59,208 nt of DNA from Candidatus Hydrogenedentota bacterium. Its GTDB lineage: Bacteria; Hydrogenedentota; Hydrogenedentia; Hydrogenedentales; CAITNO01. The stretch is from positions 1-59,208 of the forward strand of contig JAPXRP010000001.1 in the NCBI GenBank assembly GCA_033813475.1, written 5' to 3'. The notes below the pieces were generated by a model. It did no database searches. It was not told the origin of the DNA and saw only the letters and a list, made by a program, of their open reading frames with translations. Each line of letters begins with the position of its first letter. The first letter of the stretch is position 1. Shown piece by piece: positions 27,133 through 35,639 of this stretch. The position numbers were made by a program, and so were the translations under genes.

Positions 27133-27672
27133 ATGAGGAAACTTGTGGCGGTTGGTTGTGTGGCGGTGGCTGTGCTGTGCCTTGCGGGGTGTGATCCCAA
27201 CGCGGGGAAGAACGCGCTTGAGGGAACCTGGCTGGCCAATCTCACCGCGTTTATGGACATCGGCCTGGACCTCGGAAAACTGCCCTTTGTTCCCAACCCC
27301 GACGCCAAGATCACCTTTGAGGACGGGGAGATTGACCTCCGCATAGACACGGACCTCCCCATCATCGGATGGTTTGTCAAGGGCCAGATCGTGGGCACCT
27401 ACGAGAAGGCGACAAAGGGCGTGATTGACACGGTCACCCTGAAACTGCAGACGGTCAAAGTCCGTGTCATCGGCATTGGCGTTCCGGTGTCGGACCTCAA
27501 CATCACCATCGTGGCCGCCTACAAGATCATCGGCGACGAGCTTTACATCATTCCCGGGTATGATCAGGTGCCGCAGGCTTACCGAGATCAGTTCGAAAAT
27601 GGGACATTGGATGTTCCGTGGCAGGGGAACGAATCGCTGAAGATCAAGCCCCTGGTGTGGAAGCGGAAGTAG
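27133..27672 (+). CDS. Lipoprotein (lipobox LAGC), lipocalin-like size
   Basis: ORF 27007..27672 is trimmed to ATG 27133. The N-terminus is 'MRKLVAVGCVAVAVLCLAGCD'. It is visibly somewhat less GC-rich than its neighbours. Confidence 0.7.
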   Translation: MRKLVAVGCVAVAVLCLAGCDPNAGKNALEGTWLANLTAFMDIGLDLGKLPFVPNPDAKITFEDGEIDLRIDTDLPIIGWFVKGQIVGTYEKATKGVIDTVTLKLQTVKVRVIGIGVPVSDLNITIVAAYKIIGDELYIIPGYDQVPQAYRDQFENGTLDVPWQGNESLKIKPLVWKRK

Positions 27673-27693
27673 TTTTCGTGTGGGTTTGCAGTG

Positions 27694-27725
27694 CGCCGCC
27701 CGGCATGCCGGGCGGCGTTTTCCTT
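27694..27725 (+). terminator. Rho-independent terminator
   Basis: A perfect 10-bp GC stem 'cgccgcccgg' (27694-27703) pairs with 'ccgggcggcg' (27708-27717) around the loop 'catg'. It is followed by 'ttttccttt'. Confidence 0.7.
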
Positions 27726-27842
27726 TCTGGGGCGGGCACCGGGGGATGTGTCGCATGAAACGGAGGGGGCTTTCCGTATAGGATAGCCCGTGTGCGGCGG
27801 CGGTGCCACCGCCGTAGAGGAAAGTCCTTGGAGGCCGAGCGA

Positions 27843-30002
27843 ATGGAAGACAGGTTCCCGCCGCCGGAGGCTGCGGGAGAACAGCGCGGTGCGGGGGGAA
27901 ATGTCTGGCTGGGCGTCCTGATGGCGTGCGGCGTTCTGGGGCTTCGCTGGCTCCTTTCGGGGAACCTGTCCCCGATTTCTTCTCCGGGAGGCGAGATGCC
28001 TGTGCTCGCCGCCGGTCTTGCTCTGCTCGCGGGGGGGCGTCTGTTTCCAAAAGGCGCCGCGCTCCTCAGAGCCGCCGGACTCGGCCTGCTGTTTTCTTCC
28101 TGCCTGTCGGCGGTTTCCCAGTTTTCGCCGGCCCCGCCGGATTCCCGGATGGCGATTCCCGTTTTCGCCGCGCTGGCATTGCTGCTCTACGGCGGGCTGG
28201 GGGGCGCCTCCGCGGCTTGCTGCGGCCTGCTTTGCGTGCTGTCCCCGGCCTTTCATCTGGCGGGGGTGCGTGGCGCGGGGTTTGGCCCCGGAGCCGCCCT
28301 GTGTCTTGTTCTGCTGGCCGGCGCGGGCGCACTGGCCACCCGAAATCGGCACCGGGCCGCGGCGGGCATGTCCATGGCGCTTTTCTATGCGGCCTACTGG
28401 GGCGGCGTGGCGGCGGGATGGGCCGCCCTTCTCCCCGGCCGGGGCGGCGGGTGGGAATCGGCCACCCTCACGGCGGGCTTCTTTCTCTTCAGCCTCTCCT
28501 TTTCCGTCCTTTCCGGTTCCGGGGGGAGGGCGGCGAAGCTGCCGGGACTCGTCAATCTCTGCGCCTATCTCCTTTCCTGCCTGGCCCTGTGGAAGGTGAC
28601 CGGGGGGCTTGTCCCCGGATGGGTGGCGGGCGGCGCTTTCGCGCTGATCGCGGTCGCCCTGCCTTTTCGGTCCGGCGCCGCCGCCCTGCGGGACGGTGCG
28701 GTCGTGGGGGGGCTGCTTGCCCTCGCGTTTCTCCCCCGGGTCGGGGGGGCGGCCGTCCTGGCCGCCGCATGTCTCGGCCTGGCGGCGGCGGCAAACTGGA
28801 AGGCGCACAGCCTTTCCCTGCGCAGGACGGAATTTCTCCTTTTGCTGCTCGTGCTTGGGGCCGGCATGATTCCCGGCGGCAACGCGATGTTCCGGGACGT
28901 CCTGCATTTGGACCTTTCGGGCGAGTGGGCCGCGCTCCTGGCGGTGACTATGCTGCTGCTGGCGGCGGCCAGAACGCACGACCGGAACCGCGGCGATTTC
29001 GGGGCGTCCCTGTTGGGGGTCTTCTGCGCCGCGGTGGCGGCGCTTCTCTGGATTCACATGATGGTGGCGCGCCACGGGGCGGGCGAGGCGCTTCCCCAGG
29101 CGCTTGCGGCGGTCGCGGCACTGTTCCTGGGCGCCGGCTGGCTGCTGGGTTCCGTCTCCGTTAGCGCCGCCGCGATGCTTCCGGTGCTGGCGGCCCACCT
29201 GTGCCTTCACGCCTTTGACCGGGCCGCTGTTCCCCCGCCCGCCGGGGTGGCCGGCATGGCGCTGGTAACCTTTCTTGCGGCGGCGGCCTGGGAAGACTAC
29301 CTGCGCCGTCACCGTGCGGCGGCTTCCTGGGATTTGCTGGTTCTTTGCGCCCTTCCATGGTGGGGCGGGCTGGCGCTGGCGGTCCCCGCGGCGGCCCCCC
29401 ATCTGGGGGCGCCGGGCACCCTGGCCGCCGTCTGCGCGCTCTCCGCGCTTCTGCCGGTTCTGTTTCGGGGGGGGAGCGCCGGCATGAGGACCGCCGCGGG
29501 CACGGCGGCGCTGTTCGCAGGGTTCCTGTTCGTGGCGGTGTACGGGGCCGCCGGGCTGGAGGCGGGTCCGCAGCGTGTGGACCCCTGGCCGGGGCTTGTG
29601 GTCGCCCTTTCCCTCTATGCGGTGGCGGGAACTCTGTGGATGCCCGCGGGCCGTCTGGCGAAGAGTCTGTCCGCCGCCGTCCTGCTGCTGGGGACCGCGG
29701 CCCTTGCCACCGCCTTTTTTCCGTTCCCCCTTGCCGCAGGCGAACTGGCCGCCGCCTGGTGCATGGCGTTCGGCTTCCTTCTCCTCGGGGCGGCGGCGGG
29801 GTCCATTCCGGCCAAAGTGGGGGGGATGCTGACGCTTGCCCTTGCGGTGACACTGACCCTGTGCCAGTTCGTTCCCCTTCTGCGGGGGGGCGAGCCTGCG
29901 GTGTTTGCCGTGGCGGCGGGCGGCGCGCTGCTCCATCCGGGACTGCGGCAAACGACTTTCGCGGGCGCGCCGGGAGGACCGGGTCATGCCGCCCCGCGAT
30001 GA
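27843..30002 (+). CDS. Very large polytopic integral membrane protein (about 719 aa, roughly 20 hydrophobic segments), family unknown
   Basis: ORF 27792..30002, with the most plausible start at ATG 27843. The sequence is A/L/G-rich hydrophobic helices separated by short R/G loops. The antisense 812-aa ORF is R/G/P/K-rich junk. Confidence 0.65.
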   Translation: MEDRFPPPEAAGEQRGAGGNVWLGVLMACGVLGLRWLLSGNLSPISSPGGEMPVLAAGLALLAGGRLFPKGAALLRAAGLGLLFSSCLSAVSQFSPAPPDSRMAIPVFAALALLLYGGLGGASAACCGLLCVLSPAFHLAGVRGAGFGPGAALCLVLLAGAGALATRNRHRAAAGMSMALFYAAYWGGVAAGWAALLPGRGGGWESATLTAGFFLFSLSFSVLSGSGGRAAKLPGLVNLCAYLLSCLALWKVTGGLVPGWVAGGAFALIAVALPFRSGAAALRDGAVVGGLLALAFLPRVGGAAVLAAACLGLAAAANWKAHSLSLRRTEFLLLLLVLGAGMIPGGNAMFRDVLHLDLSGEWAALLAVTMLLLAAARTHDRNRGDFGASLLGVFCAAVAALLWIHMMVARHGAGEALPQALAAVAALFLGAGWLLGSVSVSAAAMLPVLAAHLCLHAFDRAAVPPPAGVAGMALVTFLAAAAWEDYLRRHRAAASWDLLVLCALPWWGGLALAVPAAAPHLGAPGTLAAVCALSALLPVLFRGGSAGMRTAAGTAALFAGFLFVAVYGAAGLEAGPQRVDPWPGLVVALSLYAVAGTLWMPAGRLAKSLSAAVLLLGTAALATAFFPFPLAAGELAAAWCMAFGFLLLGAAAGSIPAKVGGMLTLALAVTLTLCQFVPLLRGGEPAVFAVAAGGALLHPGLRQTTFAGAPGGPGHAAPR

Positions 30003-31320
30003 GCGGGAGCGCGCAGCGGCGGACATCTGCGCACGGCTTGAGCGGGCCGGACACCGGGCCCTGCTGGCCGGGGGATGCGTCCGCGACCGGATACTCGGGA
30101 GGGTCCCCCAAGATTATGACATCGCCACCGCCGCGCCCGTTCGGGAGGTCATGCGCCTGTTCGACCGGACCATTCCCGTGGGCCTGGCCTTTGGCGTGGT
30201 GCTGGTGGTGGTGGACGGGGTGCCGTATGAGGTGGCCACGTTCCGCCGGGACGGCCGCTACCGGGACGGCCGCCGTCCGGAGTCGGTGAGTCCGGGGGAC
30301 GAGCGGTCGGACGCCGCGCGGCGCGACTTCACGGTGAACGCCCTGTTTCAGGACCCCGTTTCCGGCGAAATCCTGGATTATGCCGGCGGGCTTTCCGACC
30401 TGCGGGAGAGGGTTATCCGAACGGTGGGGAATCCGGAACAGCGGTTTGCCGAAGACCGCCTGCGGCTTTTGCGCGCGGTCCGCTTCGCCGCCCAGCTTGA
30501 CTTTTCCCTGGAAGGGGAGACCCTGGCGGCGGTGCGCCGGATGGCCCCGCGCATCCGCGACGGGGTGAGCGCGGAGAGGGTGCGCGGGGAGCTGCTGCGC
30601 ATGCTGACCTGCGGGGCGGCGGGGCGGGCGTTCCGTCTGCTGGACGAGACGGGGCTCCTTCGGGAGATTCTTCCCGAGGCCGACGCCCTAAAGGGGGTCG
30701 CCCAACCCCCGGAGTTTCACCCGGAGGGGGATGTGTTCACCCACACGGCCCTGATGCTGGACCGGCTTCCGGCAGGCTGTCCGCCCGTGCTGGCGATGGC
30801 CGCCCTGCTGCACGACGTCGGCAAACCGGCGACACAGACCTTCGAGGACCGCATCCGGTTCAACTTCCATGAAAAGGAGGGGGCGCGGGCGGCGGAGGCC
30901 GTGTGCCGGCGCCTGCGGATGTCCGCCGACGAAACCCGGCGGATCGTGTGGCTCGTTGCCCAGCACATGCGCGTGTCGGTGCTCCCCGAAATGCGCGAGG
31001 GGCGCCGCCGGCTTTTTGTCGCGGAACCGGATTTTCCCCTGCTGCTCGACCTGTCGGAGCTGGACTGCGCGGCCAGCCACGGGGACATGACCCGCGCGGC
31101 CTGGATACGCGACTACCTCGCCGGGCTGACCGGGGGGGTGCGGCCGCCCGCGTGCCCCGTCACCGGGGACGACCTGATCCGGCTGGGCCTGCGCCCGGGG
31201 CCGCTTTTCCGCGAGATTCTCGCCGAGCTGCGCGAGGGGTTTCTGGAGGGGCGGCACGCCTCCCGCGAGGAGGCCCTGGCATGGGTGGCGGAGCGGTACG
31301 GCGGGGATTCCCCCCCCTGA
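29986..31320 (+). CDS. cca: CCA-adding tRNA nucleotidyltransferase (class II, with HD domain)
   Basis: ORF 29905..31320 is trimmed to ATG 29986. 'LAGGCVRDRILGRVPQDYDIAT' and 'RRDFTVNAL' are present. The HD domain shows 'LLHDVGKP'. Confidence 0.85.
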   Translation: MPPRDERERAAADICARLERAGHRALLAGGCVRDRILGRVPQDYDIATAAPVREVMRLFDRTIPVGLAFGVVLVVVDGVPYEVATFRRDGRYRDGRRPESVSPGDERSDAARRDFTVNALFQDPVSGEILDYAGGLSDLRERVIRTVGNPEQRFAEDRLRLLRAVRFAAQLDFSLEGETLAAVRRMAPRIRDGVSAERVRGELLRMLTCGAAGRAFRLLDETGLLREILPEADALKGVAQPPEFHPEGDVFTHTALMLDRLPAGCPPVLAMAALLHDVGKPATQTFEDRIRFNFHEKEGARAAEAVCRRLRMSADETRRIVWLVAQHMRVSVLPEMREGRRRLFVAEPDFPLLLDLSELDCAASHGDMTRAAWIRDYLAGLTGGVRPPACPVTGDDLIRLGLRPGPLFREILAELREGFLEGRHASREEALAWVAERYGGDSPP

Positions 31321-31321
31321 T

Positions 31322-31723
31322 TCAGCCAAGGATGCCCAGAATGCAGGTCAGCAGCTCCCCCGGGTCCACCGGCCGCTCCACCATCGCCTCCGGCGCCCGC
31401 ACATCAAACGCCTCCGCCAGATCCTCCCCCGTGTAGGGAACCTCATTTTCTCCGCCCCCGCCCATGACCAGCAGAATCGGCGTGTCCCCGACCAGGCAGG
31501 ATTCCCGGAACGTCTTGTAGAGGTCAAAGGCGTCCCCCCGTCTCCGGTCCACATCCAGCAGGATCAGGTCCGGCTGCCATGTGTCGGCGAGGTACATGGC
31601 CTCGTCCAGATCCCCCGTCTCCTCCGTCTGCCAGTCCATGCCGTCCAGGAGTTCCTTGACGCGGCTGCGGACCAGCCGGTCCCCCCCTGCGATTAGCACC
31701 TTTCGCGCGCTGAAGCCCGTCAT
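31322..31723 (-). CDS. Stand-alone response-regulator receiver domain (CheY-like), atypical acidic pocket
   Basis: ORF 31322..31804 is trimmed to the Met at 31723. 'KVLIAGGDRLV...PDLILLDVDRRRGDAFDLY...TPILLVMGGG' follows the receiver pattern. 'AGGD' replaces the usual 'VDDD'. Confidence 0.7.
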   Translation of the reverse strand: MTGFSARKVLIAGGDRLVRSRVKELLDGMDWQTEETGDLDEAMYLADTWQPDLILLDVDRRRGDAFDLYKTFRESCLVGDTPILLVMGGGGENEVPYTGEDLAEAFDVRAPEAMVERPVDPGELLTCILGILG

Positions 31724-31917
31724 GGTGACGCCCGCCTGCTTCTCCTCTCCGCAGCGGACACCGCACCCCGCGAATCCGTCCGGAAAGGTCCTCTTGCGCT
31801 TCACTGCACCGCAGGATAGATTATACCCGGATTTCGCGCGCGGCGTCCGGGCGGCAAATGTTGCACCTCCAAACCACTGATGGTATATTCAGTCCACTGG
31901 AAAGGCGGCCAGACCTG

Positions 31918-34227
31918 ATGAACGTGGCGCAAATGATCGAAAAACTGCGGCGGGACGCGGGGTTCTGCGAGCATCTGACGCGGTGGGAGGTGATTCCGGA
32001 GACGCCTGGGGACTACCGGGAGTTTCCGCCGGGGGTGCATCCGAAACTGGCGGAGGGGTATGCCCGCCGGGGTGTCACGCGGCTCTACAGCCACCAGCAC
32101 GAGGCGGTGTCGGCGGTGATGGCGGGGGAGAATGTCTGCGTGGTCACGCCGACGGCCTCCGGCAAGACGCTGTGCTACAACCTGCCGGTGCTTAACCGCC
32201 TGATGGAGAATCCCGACGCCCGCGCGCTGTACCTGTTTCCCACGAAGGCGCTGGGGCAGGACCAGGTGCAGGAGCTCACCTCGACGATTGAGGCGCTGGA
32301 GGTGAAGATCGGCACCTATACCTTTGACGGGGACACGCCGGCCGGCGCGCGCAAGGCGGTGCGCAACGCGGGCCACATCATTGTGACGAACCCCGACATG
32401 CTGCACGCGGGCATCCTGCCGCACCACACCATCTGGATACGGCTCTTCGAGAACCTCGAGTTTGTCGTCATAGACGAGGTGCACCACTACCGCGGCGTGT
32501 TCGGCAGCCACCTGGCCAACGTGGTCCGGCGGCTGAAGCGGATTTGCGCGTTCTACGGGGCCTCGCCGCGCTTCATCTGCTGCAGCGCCACCATCGCCAA
32601 CCCGAAGGAGATGGCCGAGCGGATCATCGAGGCGCCCGTTCGGCTGGTGGACCGCAACGGCGCGCCCCGGGGAGAGAAGCACTTCCTGTTCTTCAACCCG
32701 CCGGTGGTCAACCACGAGCTGGGCATCCGGGCGTCCTCGGTGAAGCAGGCGGCGCGCATCGCCGCGGGCCTGCTCTCGCGGGACATCCAGTCCATTGTCT
32801 TCGCCCGCAGCCGCCTGCGCGTGGAGGTGCTCACCACCTACCTGAAGGAGGCGGTGCGGCGGATGGGCAAGCCCGACGCGCTGGTGCGCGGCTACCGGGG
32901 CGGCTACCTGCCGACGGAGCGCCGCGAGATCGAGCGGGGCCTGCGCGCGGGGGAGGTGATGGCCGTCGTCAGCACGAACGCCCTCGAGCTGGGCATTGAC
33001 ATCGGCGCCCTGGACGCCTGCGTCATGGCGGGCTACGCCGGCAGCGTGGCGAGCACCTGGCAGCAGTCGGGCCGGGCCGGCCGCCGCAGCGGCGTGTCCC
33101 TCGTCGTGCTGGTGGCCTCCAGCGCGCCCCTGGACCAGTACATCATCGGCCACCCGGAGTACTTCTTCGAGCAGCCCTGCGAGAACGGCACCCTCGACCC
33201 GGACAACCTGGTCATTCTCGCCAGCCATGTCAAGTGCGCGGCGTTTGAGCTTCCTTTTGCGGAGGGCGAGGCCTTCGGCGTGGACGCGCAGTCCACGGCG
33301 CACCTGCTGGACTACCTGGCCGAGTGCCGGGTGCTGCGCAAGGTGCGCGGCAGGTGGCACTGGAGCGCCGAGACCTACCCCGCCTCCGACATCAGCCTGC
33401 GCACGGCGGCCCCGGGCAATGTGGTGATCCTGGACGTGACCGACAACGGCCGGGTCATCGGCGAGGTGGACTATTTCGCCGCGCCGGTGGAGGTCTACCA
33501 GAACGCGGTCTACCTCCATGAGACGCGCCAGTACCTCATCGAGTCCCTCGATCTGGACAACCGGAAGGCCCACGCGCGGCCCGTGGAGGTGGACTACTAC
33601 ACCGACGCGGAGATGAAGGTGGACCTCAAGGTGCTCGACCGTTTCCGCGAGGAGGAAAGCGGGCCCGCCGTCCGCTGTTCCGGGGAGCTCAGCGTCACCT
33701 GGCTGCCCACCATCTACAAGAAGGTCAAGTTCGGCACGCACGAGAACGTGGGCTGGGGGGAGATTCACCTGCCCGAGCAGACCATGCACACCACCGGCTA
33801 CTGGGTGGAGTTCGACGGGGCGGCGCTGGAGGCGCTGGGGCTTGAGAAGGAGGATGTCGGCGGCGGGCTGAACGGGCTGGCCAACGCCCTGCGGCAGGTG
33901 GCCCCGGTTTATGTCTTCTGCGATCTCGGCGACCTGCGGGCGCAGGCCATGCTCCGCGCGCCCGCCTCGGAAAAGCCCACGGTGTTCCTCTACGAGACCT
34001 ATCCGGGCGGGGTGGGCTTCAGCGACAAGCTGTACACGCACCACCGGCGGCTGTTCGAGGCCGCCGTCTCCCTGCTCTCCGGGTGTTCCTGCCGCGAGGG
34101 GTGCCCCAGCTGCGTGGGGCCCGGCGCGGAGACGGGGCCCCACGGCAGACGGACAGCCCTCGCGCTGGCGGGCATGGTGCTTGCGGCGGACGCGGAGGCG
34201 CGCGCGCGGAAAGGGGAGGGCGCATGA
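31918..34227 (+). CDS. mrfA: MrfA/YprA-like DEAD/DEAH-box helicase with C-terminal DUF1998 zinc module
   Basis: ORF 31858..34227 is trimmed to ATG 31918. Long stretches match B. subtilis YprA from memory: 'TPTASGKTLCYNLPVL', 'ALYLFPTKALGQDQ', 'GVFGSHLANVVRRLKRIC', 'RGYRGGYLPTERREIERGLR'. The C-terminus has 'CSCREGCPSCV'. Confidence 0.9.
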   Translation: MNVAQMIEKLRRDAGFCEHLTRWEVIPETPGDYREFPPGVHPKLAEGYARRGVTRLYSHQHEAVSAVMAGENVCVVTPTASGKTLCYNLPVLNRLMENPDARALYLFPTKALGQDQVQELTSTIEALEVKIGTYTFDGDTPAGARKAVRNAGHIIVTNPDMLHAGILPHHTIWIRLFENLEFVVIDEVHHYRGVFGSHLANVVRRLKRICAFYGASPRFICCSATIANPKEMAERIIEAPVRLVDRNGAPRGEKHFLFFNPPVVNHELGIRASSVKQAARIAAGLLSRDIQSIVFARSRLRVEVLTTYLKEAVRRMGKPDALVRGYRGGYLPTERREIERGLRAGEVMAVVSTNALELGIDIGALDACVMAGYAGSVASTWQQSGRAGRRSGVSLVVLVASSAPLDQYIIGHPEYFFEQPCENGTLDPDNLVILASHVKCAAFELPFAEGEAFGVDAQSTAHLLDYLAECRVLRKVRGRWHWSAETYPASDISLRTAAPGNVVILDVTDNGRVIGEVDYFAAPVEVYQNAVYLHETRQYLIESLDLDNRKAHARPVEVDYYTDAEMKVDLKVLDRFREEESGPAVRCSGELSVTWLPTIYKKVKFGTHENVGWGEIHLPEQTMHTTGYWVEFDGAALEALGLEKEDVGGGLNGLANALRQVAPVYVFCDLGDLRAQAMLRAPASEKPTVFLYETYPGGVGFSDKLYTHHRRLFEAAVSLLSGCSCREGCPSCVGPGAETGPHGRRTALALAGMVLAADAEARARKGEGA

Positions 34228-35624
34228 CCACGGACAAAGACGAGCTGTTCAAAAAACTCAACCTGATGCGGGCCAGCGACCTGTCCGCGCCGGCCCCCCG
34301 CAAGGCGGAGGAGACGCCCGGGGATAAACCCGCATCCACCCCCGAAACCCTGGAGGAGGAGTCGCGGCGGCGTCTCCAGGAGCGGCTGGGGCTCATGCGC
34401 GGGGCGGACTGGGCCACCCGGCGGGAGGAGGAGGGCCGGCGGCTCGCCGACGGGGAGTATGAGGTGGACAGGGTGCTCGGCGGCGAGATCATCGGGGACG
34501 ATGAGTCCGCGTTCTTCCTCCTGCGCCGCGAGTACCCCCCCGAGCATTTCCACGGGGCTTTTTCCCTGGGCGCGGGGCTGGAGAGCCGGGGCGCGCATCT
34601 GGCCCTGGCCGCCTGCGATGAAACCCTGTCCGCCTGCGACCCGCGCGAGGCGGTTTTCATGGACACCGAGACCACCGGGCTGGCGGGCGGCGCGGGAACC
34701 GTCGCCTTTCTCGTGGGCATGGGCTATTATGTGGACGGCGTGTTCCGGGTGGACCAGTGTTTCCTGCGGGACTACGACGACGAGCCCGCCCTGCTGGAGT
34801 GGATCGCCGGGCTGCTTTCCCGGTTCAAGACCGTGGTCAGCTTCAACGGGAAGAGTTTCGACCTGCCGCTGCTGCGGACGCGTTTCGTGCAGCACCGGAT
34901 GCCCTGCCGGTTTGACGCCCTGGCCCATCTGGACCTGGTGCACGCGGCGCGCCGCTTCTGGAAGCGCCGCCTCAGCGACTGCAGTCTGGGCAACCTGGAG
35001 CGCGAGGTTCTGGGCGTCCGCCGCCACGGCGACGTGCCCAGCCACCTGATTCCCGAGCGCTGGCTGGAGTACCTGTATTCCCGCGACGCGCGCCCGCTCG
35101 AGGGGGTTTTCTATCATCACCGCGTGGACATTCTGTCCATGGTGACCCTGCTGGGGGCCCTGTCCAGCCATCTGGACAGGGCCGAGGGGAGCGAGTTTGA
35201 CCACGCCGAGGACCAGTTGTCCCTGATCCGCCTGCATTTCCGGGAAAAGCGCTACGACCAGGTGCTGGCGGCGGGGGCCGAGTGGCTTCGGCGCGACGCG
35301 CCGCCGCCGTTGCGCCGGGAGTGTCTGGAGATGCTGTGTCTGGCCGGAAAACGCCGGGGCCACTGGGAGGAGACGGAGGGCTTTCTGGAGCAGTGGCACG
35401 GGGAGTTTCCCGCCGACGCGGCCGGGGCGGCGGAGCTGGCGAAGCACCTGGAACACCGCGCGCGGAACCTCATGCGGGCGGAACGGGTCTGCCGGGAGAC
35501 GCTGGAACTGATTGAAGCAACGCCGCAGGGCGGCGAATGCGCCGGGGCGGGGGAACTCCGCGGGCGCCTGGCCCGCATCCGCCGCAAACTGGGCGGGGCC
35601 TGGGGCCTGGCCACTGAAGACTGA
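34224..35624 (+). CDS. mrfB: MrfB/YprB-like RNase H-fold (DEDD) exonuclease with C-terminal TPR-like region
   Basis: It has an ATGA overlap with mrfA (34224-34227). 'AVFMDTETTGL...VSFNGKSFDLPLL' is an exonuclease-like motif set. The C-terminal part is helical-repeat-like. Confidence 0.75.
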   Translation: MTTDKDELFKKLNLMRASDLSAPAPRKAEETPGDKPASTPETLEEESRRRLQERLGLMRGADWATRREEEGRRLADGEYEVDRVLGGEIIGDDESAFFLLRREYPPEHFHGAFSLGAGLESRGAHLALAACDETLSACDPREAVFMDTETTGLAGGAGTVAFLVGMGYYVDGVFRVDQCFLRDYDDEPALLEWIAGLLSRFKTVVSFNGKSFDLPLLRTRFVQHRMPCRFDALAHLDLVHAARRFWKRRLSDCSLGNLEREVLGVRRHGDVPSHLIPERWLEYLYSRDARPLEGVFYHHRVDILSMVTLLGALSSHLDRAEGSEFDHAEDQLSLIRLHFREKRYDQVLAAGAEWLRRDAPPPLRRECLEMLCLAGKRRGHWEETEGFLEQWHGEFPADAAGAAELAKHLEHRARNLMRAERVCRETLELIEATPQGGECAGAGELRGRLARIRRKLGGAWGLATED

Positions 35625-35639
35625 CCGGCAGCAGCCGCG

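Noticed and set aside
27588-30026. An 812-aa minus-strand ORF opposite the large membrane protein gene.
   Set aside because: Its translation is an R/G/P/K/Q-rich low-complexity string. The + strand frame gives regular hydrophobic helices and is coupled to cca, so I prefer the + strand.
31918-35624. The DUF1998 helicase pair as a DISARM-like defence module.
   Set aside because: The helicase and DUF1998 module are fused exactly as in MrfA/YprA, and the partner is a YprB-like exonuclease. No methyltransferase, PLD or SNF2 genes are adjacent.
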